Source: Callorhinchus milii (taxonomy: Eukaryota). From it: 64,000 nucleotides of DNA. Numbering within the stretch: the first letter of the stretch is position 1; the number at the start of each line of letters is the position of its first letter. A program made the position numbers and the translations under genes. The notes beneath the pieces were generated by a model. It was not told the origin of the DNA. It made no database searches and saw only the letters and a list, made by a program, of their open reading frames with translations. Shown here in pieces: positions 63,702 through 64,000 of this stretch. The stretch is taken from assembly GCF_018977255.1 (NCBI RefSeq), contig NW_024704742.1, forward strand, positions 129,148,001-129,212,000, in the 5' to 3' direction.

Positions 63702-64000
63702 CTAATAATAATAATCCTTGCATTTGATATTGTGTTTTCATGTCTTTTAGATGTCTCAAAGCGCTTCACAGAATATACTCTCAAGTGAATTGACTGCATA
63801 TTTGTGGGAAAAACGTGGCAGCCAATTGCGCACAGCAATCAAGTCGTGGATTGAAGTGACCAATTTTATCATTTTTTTTCTTGAGGGACTAATATCAGGT
63901 AAGTGGAGTAAGGAAAGTTGCCCAAGGTTTTACCCTGCTGGGAATCAAACCCAGGTCTCTCGCTTGCAAGGCAAGTGCTCTAACCACTGAGCTACAGGAC
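63702..64000 (-). mobile_element. SINE family A, short variant, reaching the window edge
   Basis: Tail at 63702. The head reaches position 64000. Confidence 0.9.

Overview
Repeat-dense, essentially non-coding vertebrate DNA. The repeat set suggests a cartilaginous fish, probably a chimaera; this rests on my recall of the family consensus sequences and was not verified by a search. The window holds two L2 LINE subfamilies, CR1 fragments, a young tRNA-derived SINE with an (ATT)n L2-type tail, an older Deu-domain SINE with the same 3' module, and Penelope-type termini. All long ORFs are decayed retrotransposon ORF2 pieces, and I found no recognisable host coding exon. The most notable structures are: (1) a ~370-bp inverted duplication inserted into an L2, with microhomology at both junctions; (2) a Penelope-type fold-back element with a 13-bp TSD and decayed hammerhead-ribozyme motifs; (3) modular shuffling among SINEs and the L2 tail; (4) two copies of an old RT-bearing element that is neither L2 nor CR1; (5) a CpG-retaining, repeat-free block at 61.2-62.6 kb with splice signals, possibly a promoter and 5' exons. 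I cannot support a claim of a new biological system. Repeat boundaries are by eye, approximately +/-20 bp.
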